IMG/VR virus record: IMGVR_UViG_3300032324_000105
Span: 1-38,050 of that record
Reading direction: 5' to 3' (one strand)
Origin: a virus
Lineage: Duplodnaviria; Caudoviricetes
DNA length: 38,050 bases
Part shown: positions 34,399 through 38,050 of the stretch, one piece after another
Position numbering within the stretch: the first letter of the stretch is position 1
How the letters are laid out: each line of letters opens with the position of its first letter
Notes under the pieces: generated by a model
Databases searched by the model: none
Told to the model about the DNA's origin: nothing
The model's input: only the letters and a program-made list of their open reading frames with translations
Position numbers and translations under genes: made by a program

Positions 34399-36167
34399 TA
34401 TATTGGTCCATCCCTTCCTGTTTTTTCAGGCTTATAAGCCGCTGGGTTAATATTTTCATGATCGTCCCATGGTTCGTGTGTTGGGACTCGGCGCATTATA
34501 CTGCTAATTTTTGTGGCAGCATAGAAATTATTATTTTCCCAACCTTTTTGCATGTCGCTTGTTGCATTTTTATCTGCTGTTCTTCCTGAAAGAGAAAATC
34601 TATCTAGTGTAACTACACTTGTTGCCGCTTCAGGCAATACAGCCAATAAGTCTAAAGCCGCTGACAAATCTGTGGCCGCTGATGGTGAAACTGGGGCCAC
34701 TGTTGGTCCGTTCATATCTATCAATGTTGCACGCTCAATATGACCAGCGGCTGCTACCAATACATTGGGTCCTAATGTTTTAATAAAATTGCCTACACCA
34801 CTATCAACATTAAACGACCCAACAGTTTTAATGCTGGTACTTGCTCCTGCAATTAGATTACAAGACAGACCTGATTTAACATCAAACTCAGTGAGAGTTT
34901 GCATCTTAATCTCAGTTGTAGCATACACATTAATGTTGCCAAGTACTGAGTATAAATCAATTCCTGACAAAGGTCCAGCTTGTGTTGGGTTAGTGCTTGC
35001 TCCAGTTGATGTTAATCGTATACGTCCCAATGCACTAGCGTTAAAGTGATTGGCTGCGGTCCAATTGCAATCTAATCCAGCAAATCCTTCAATTAGTCCA
35101 GATGCCTCAAAATGCATAGATCCTTGTGCGGCAACTATGTTAACATTACTACCTGCTTCAAAGTTAATATCTCTATCAGCTCTAAAATTGAAATCATTTT
35201 CACTGTGTATGCTTATGCTGTCGGCAGCATAGATATCAATTTTTCCGTCACTTGTAAATTCTAACCAAGCAGTTCCTTTGCTATTGCAAATGTAGATTAA
35301 GTCACTAGAATTATGTAAAAGTATTTGATGGCCTGTGCGTGTTCTAAGTCTAACCAACTCGTCTAGAATACCTTCTTTTTTAGATTTTTCATCTTTGCCA
35401 ACATATCCATCGTCCATCACAAACTGTGTTCCACCCTCACGTTCAACGTAAGCAGGCTGTGGTTCTTTTTGTGTGCCAAATTGATATTGTTTGCCACCTA
35501 CTACAACTGGCCCTGGTGTAGAAATTCCATAAACATTACTGATTGTGCTACGTCTTGCACTGCTAGTAGTAGTTCCTCTTATAGGATCTTTTAACAAACC
35601 TTGCGTTGCAAGTCGCAATGTAAAAGGATGCATGGCTTTCTTTACAATGTCAGGTTTAGAATTGTCTCTACCTTGAACTCGCTTGTTGACTTCAACAACA
35701 GGAACAACGGCAGTGTCACTAGTGAATCCCAACTTAGTTTTTTCCTGCGGAGTTAGTTCTGCATACTGGCTTGCGGCAAGTCCTGGAACCATTTGATTGA
35801 TTCCTGGTTCAGGAACACACGCTAGCCAAAAACATTGTTCTCTATCACCCTCAATAAAAATAATGATAACTTTTGTACCAATGTCTGGAGGAACAAACCA
35901 CATGCCGTAACTTTGTTGTGAACTAGATGCATTACGTAAATTTGCATCAGTTGCTTCATACGCAGTATATCCAAAAAAGTGCGGAGCATATCTTGGGAAC
36001 ACTCTAACAGCGTCTGCTACTTCTTGGCCGTCTCCGCCTTTTCGTAAAATTACACACTCCAATGTTCCCATTCTAGTACTGTCGTTATGACCTACTACTC
36101 GAGCAATGTATGGTCCACTGTTGTTAGTAGTTTTTGAAGGGTGTTGCGTACTATTTTTTAGTTCCAT
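34398..36167 (-). CDS. Baseplate central spike, gp5/VgrG-like (OB-fold + beta-helix, no lysozyme domain)
   Basis: GPYIARVVGHND..RMG.L, YGMWFVPPDIGTKV..F..GD, RTRTGHQILL, 8-residue beta-helix repeats and terminal RVPTHEPW. Confidence 0.85.
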   Translation of the reverse strand: MELKNSTQHPSKTTNNSGPYIARVVGHNDSTRMGTLECVILRKGGDGQEVADAVRVFPRYAPHFFGYTAYEATDANLRNASSSQQSYGMWFVPPDIGTKVIIIFIEGDREQCFWLACVPEPGINQMVPGLAASQYAELTPQEKTKLGFTSDTAVVPVVEVNKRVQGRDNSKPDIVKKAMHPFTLRLATQGLLKDPIRGTTTSSARRSTISNVYGISTPGPVVVGGKQYQFGTQKEPQPAYVEREGGTQFVMDDGYVGKDEKSKKEGILDELVRLRTRTGHQILLHNSSDLIYICNSKGTAWLEFTSDGKIDIYAADSISIHSENDFNFRADRDINFEAGSNVNIVAAQGSMHFEASGLIEGFAGLDCNWTAANHFNASALGRIRLTSTGASTNPTQAGPLSGIDLYSVLGNINVYATTEIKMQTLTEFDVKSGLSCNLIAGASTSIKTVGSFNVDSGVGNFIKTLGPNVLVAAAGHIERATLIDMNGPTVAPVSPSAATDLSAALDLLAVLPEAATSVVTLDRFSLSGRTADKNATSDMQKGWENNNFYAATKISSIMRRVPTHEPWDDHENINPAAYKPEKTGRDGPI

Positions 36168-37282
36168 TATCTACCACTTTCTCCTGGAGCACACAATAAG
36201 TCATCTAATGGACTAGGTCTTGGAATAAAACCGGCTCTAGATAAATCTTTGTTTAACACTGTAATATCATTTGCAACTTTGTTGCTTGCAGAGATCAACT
36301 GATCTTGCACTTGTCTTGTAGCTGAGTTGTTAGAAGTTTGCGTTGGGAAATTTACCACATTCAAACTTGAATCAAGTTCAACTGCTGGTATCCCTGCTGT
36401 GAACAAGTTATAAGGATCGTATCCGCTTAATAAATTTTGTACTTGATCGTCTGTTAATGCTAGATCTGGATTACCGCCTGGACCAATATCAAGTGGGAAG
36501 GTAGGTACATTTAAATTAATCTTAGACGTAAATCCGTTTGGTGTAGTAATTGTTTGTGGCTGTATCTGCTGTTCAATTGGCTGCTGATCTAGCAATGACA
36601 ACGGTGGTCTTCCTGAATAAAATGCAGGACTGCACCCTGGTATAAACGGAATAAAAGGCAACAATATTGGTGGTGGGAATTTGAATTTTAAATATTCAAC
36701 TAATCGTCTTATGTATTCAGCCAAAGGATTGTAAATTATTAAATTTAATCCTAAGATTTTATTAATAGCATCTCTTGCCGCAATCAGTGCTTTCTTAATT
36801 GGTTCAGGGAATGGTATCCAGCCTTGTCTAATAATTTTTGCTAATAGGGCCGCTGCCAGTAAAGGATTTTTTAAAACACATTGTATTAAATTTTGTATAC
36901 TAGTAACTGCTGATTCAACATAATTTTTAATTGCCTGTATTTTGCCTTTTAAAATCTGTACAAGAATATTAACCCCTTGACTTGCTCCAAAAAGTGTTGC
37001 TAATGTTACGCCTGGATCAATTGTGATAGTTTTTAATTGTGGCGCTGGTTCTGGTCTATCTGTTTCTAAACCAAATATACCTAATATACCTTGTATAATC
37101 GCCGCAACCTGTGCTAGCTGTGGAACAATTGCCGCCGTGCCGTTAACGTTGATTGCAAAGTTGCCATCTGCCTGTATAGAAAAATTTAAAAATTTTCCTA
37201 CGTTCGCTCTTTGATATGATGCAGAGTATAATGATGCTCTATCATCAATTCTCCATTCATATAATTTATTTGGACCTACCAT
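36167..37282 (-). CDS. Orphan protein with amphipathic helices and Pro-rich segments
   Basis: 371-aa ORF with a TAAGGA RBS and a TAATG overlap with the spike gene; no recognisable domain. Confidence 0.75.
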   Translation of the reverse strand: MVGPNKLYEWRIDDRASLYSASYQRANVGKFLNFSIQADGNFAINVNGTAAIVPQLAQVAAIIQGILGIFGLETDRPEPAPQLKTITIDPGVTLATLFGASQGVNILVQILKGKIQAIKNYVESAVTSIQNLIQCVLKNPLLAAALLAKIIRQGWIPFPEPIKKALIAARDAINKILGLNLIIYNPLAEYIRRLVEYLKFKFPPPILLPFIPFIPGCSPAFYSGRPPLSLLDQQPIEQQIQPQTITTPNGFTSKINLNVPTFPLDIGPGGNPDLALTDDQVQNLLSGYDPYNLFTAGIPAVELDSSLNVVNFPTQTSNNSATRQVQDQLISASNKVANDITVLNKDLSRAGFIPRPSPLDDLLCAPGESGR

Positions 37283-37291
37283 TGTATTTCC

Positions 37292-38050
37292 TTATGTCAA
37301 GTTAATTTGGTTTAACGTAAATCTATCTGAAAAAGACTGTATCTTTTGTGATGCAGACAAATCTTGTGATACATTGCGTGTGCCAATTAATTTTTGTTTA
37401 AAAGTTCCGTTTGAGAAAGAACTTTCTACTTCTCGAACAGTATAATATGCACTGATTCTTGACAGTGCTTTATCTTCGTTAGCTTCGCCAGATGTTAAAA
37501 ATCCTTGAGAGTTGATGTCAGTTGGTGCATAGGCAACAACTCTCATAACTGGATCAACAGATCGTAATGCAATTCCACCATCAACAGTGAACAAGGTACT
37601 TGAGCCGTCTACTTTATTTCCATCATCAATATATTGTGTTCCTAACCACATTGGGTCTCCCAGTATTTCCATATTAAGTTCAATATTTTCATAAGGATTG
37701 TTCATCAATGAGTTTATATCTCTAGCTAACGTAAACAATGGATCAGGTTGATTTGCCCCTTTGACCGCTATCTCTTGTTTTTCACTACTTGGATTTGGTG
37801 TTACATTTCCAGGGGTTAAATCGCCTGGCGTTGATGCAGGCACACTGCTACTTGCCTTAACCCCTACGACGTTCTTATCTGTTTGTTGTCCCCCGCCAGC
37901 GCCTGGTACGTCAGTACTCACACCAAAATTTCCTGTAATAATTTTTGTCCACATTTGATTAAAATTTAAATTAAAAGATAATATGTCTTTGTTTTTTCCA
38001 GTATACTGCCATTCGTACCTCCTAGCAGTCATTCCTTCATAATCAGATGC
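37292..38050 (-). CDS. Baseplate hub/tail protein (gp27/gpD-like), C-terminal part, 5'-truncated
   Basis: Frame open to the window edge; ELNMEILGDP.W and Y.V.EV.S.FSNG.FKQ.L motifs; upstream of the spike. Confidence 0.7.
   Translation of the reverse strand, partial: ASDYEGMTARRYEWQYTGKNKDILSFNLNFNQMWTKIITGNFGVSTDVPGAGGGQQTDKNVVGVKASSSVPASTPGDLTPGNVTPNPSSEKQEIAVKGANQPDPLFTLARDINSLMNNPYENIELNMEILGDPMWLGTQYIDDGNKVDGSSTLFTVDGGIALRSVDPVMRVVAYAPTDINSQGFLTSGEANEDKALSRISAYYTVREVESSFSNGTFKQKLIGTRNVSQDLSASQKIQSFSDRFTLNQINLT

Noticed and set aside
6803-37958. Numerous 60-176 aa ORFs inside the structural genes (e.g. 7444-7812, 9740-10156, 12500-12898, 33065-33595)
   Set aside because: Most are antisense mirrors produced by the codon bias of the long - strand genes, and none has independent coding evidence.
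1-38050. Stop-codon reassignment as in some jumbo phages
   Set aside because: Genes, including a 14 kb ORF, are intact and densely packed in code 11, and TAG and TGA end genes at sensible boundaries (785, 1164, 4006, 5223).

Overview
This window is a 38 kb fragment of a large, AT-rich myovirus (jumbo-phage-like, T4-related baseplate), read in the standard genetic code, with two convergent blocks. The + strand block (1-6570) holds small hypothetical genes, a MoxR-like AAA+ ATPase with a HExxH/VWA (DUF2201-like) partner, a DHFR-fold gene and thymidylate synthase. The - strand block (6567-38050) is a virion module: a partial hub-like gene, an orphan 371-aa gene, a gp5/VgrG-like spike without lysozyme, gp25 and gp6 wedge proteins, a 4747-aa multidomain protein, a 224-aa structural protein and four paralogous fibre proteins. 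A 2OG-Fe(II) oxygenase and a small gene are inserted among the fibres. The most notable observations are: (1) the DHFR keeps its NADPH-side motifs but has lost the canonical folate-binding residues, and is coupled to a ThyA with a YQRS->YHRS change; (2) the oxygenase cassette overlaps a fibre gene; (3) a 13-bp perfect inverted repeat covers a start codon next to a late-promoter-like box, and its core recurs 3.2 kb away; (4) an amphipathic orphan gene is coupled to the spike. No tRNA, rRNA, CRISPR array, integrase, intron or reverse transcriptase was seen. All family assignments come from motif recognition by eye, not from database searches.
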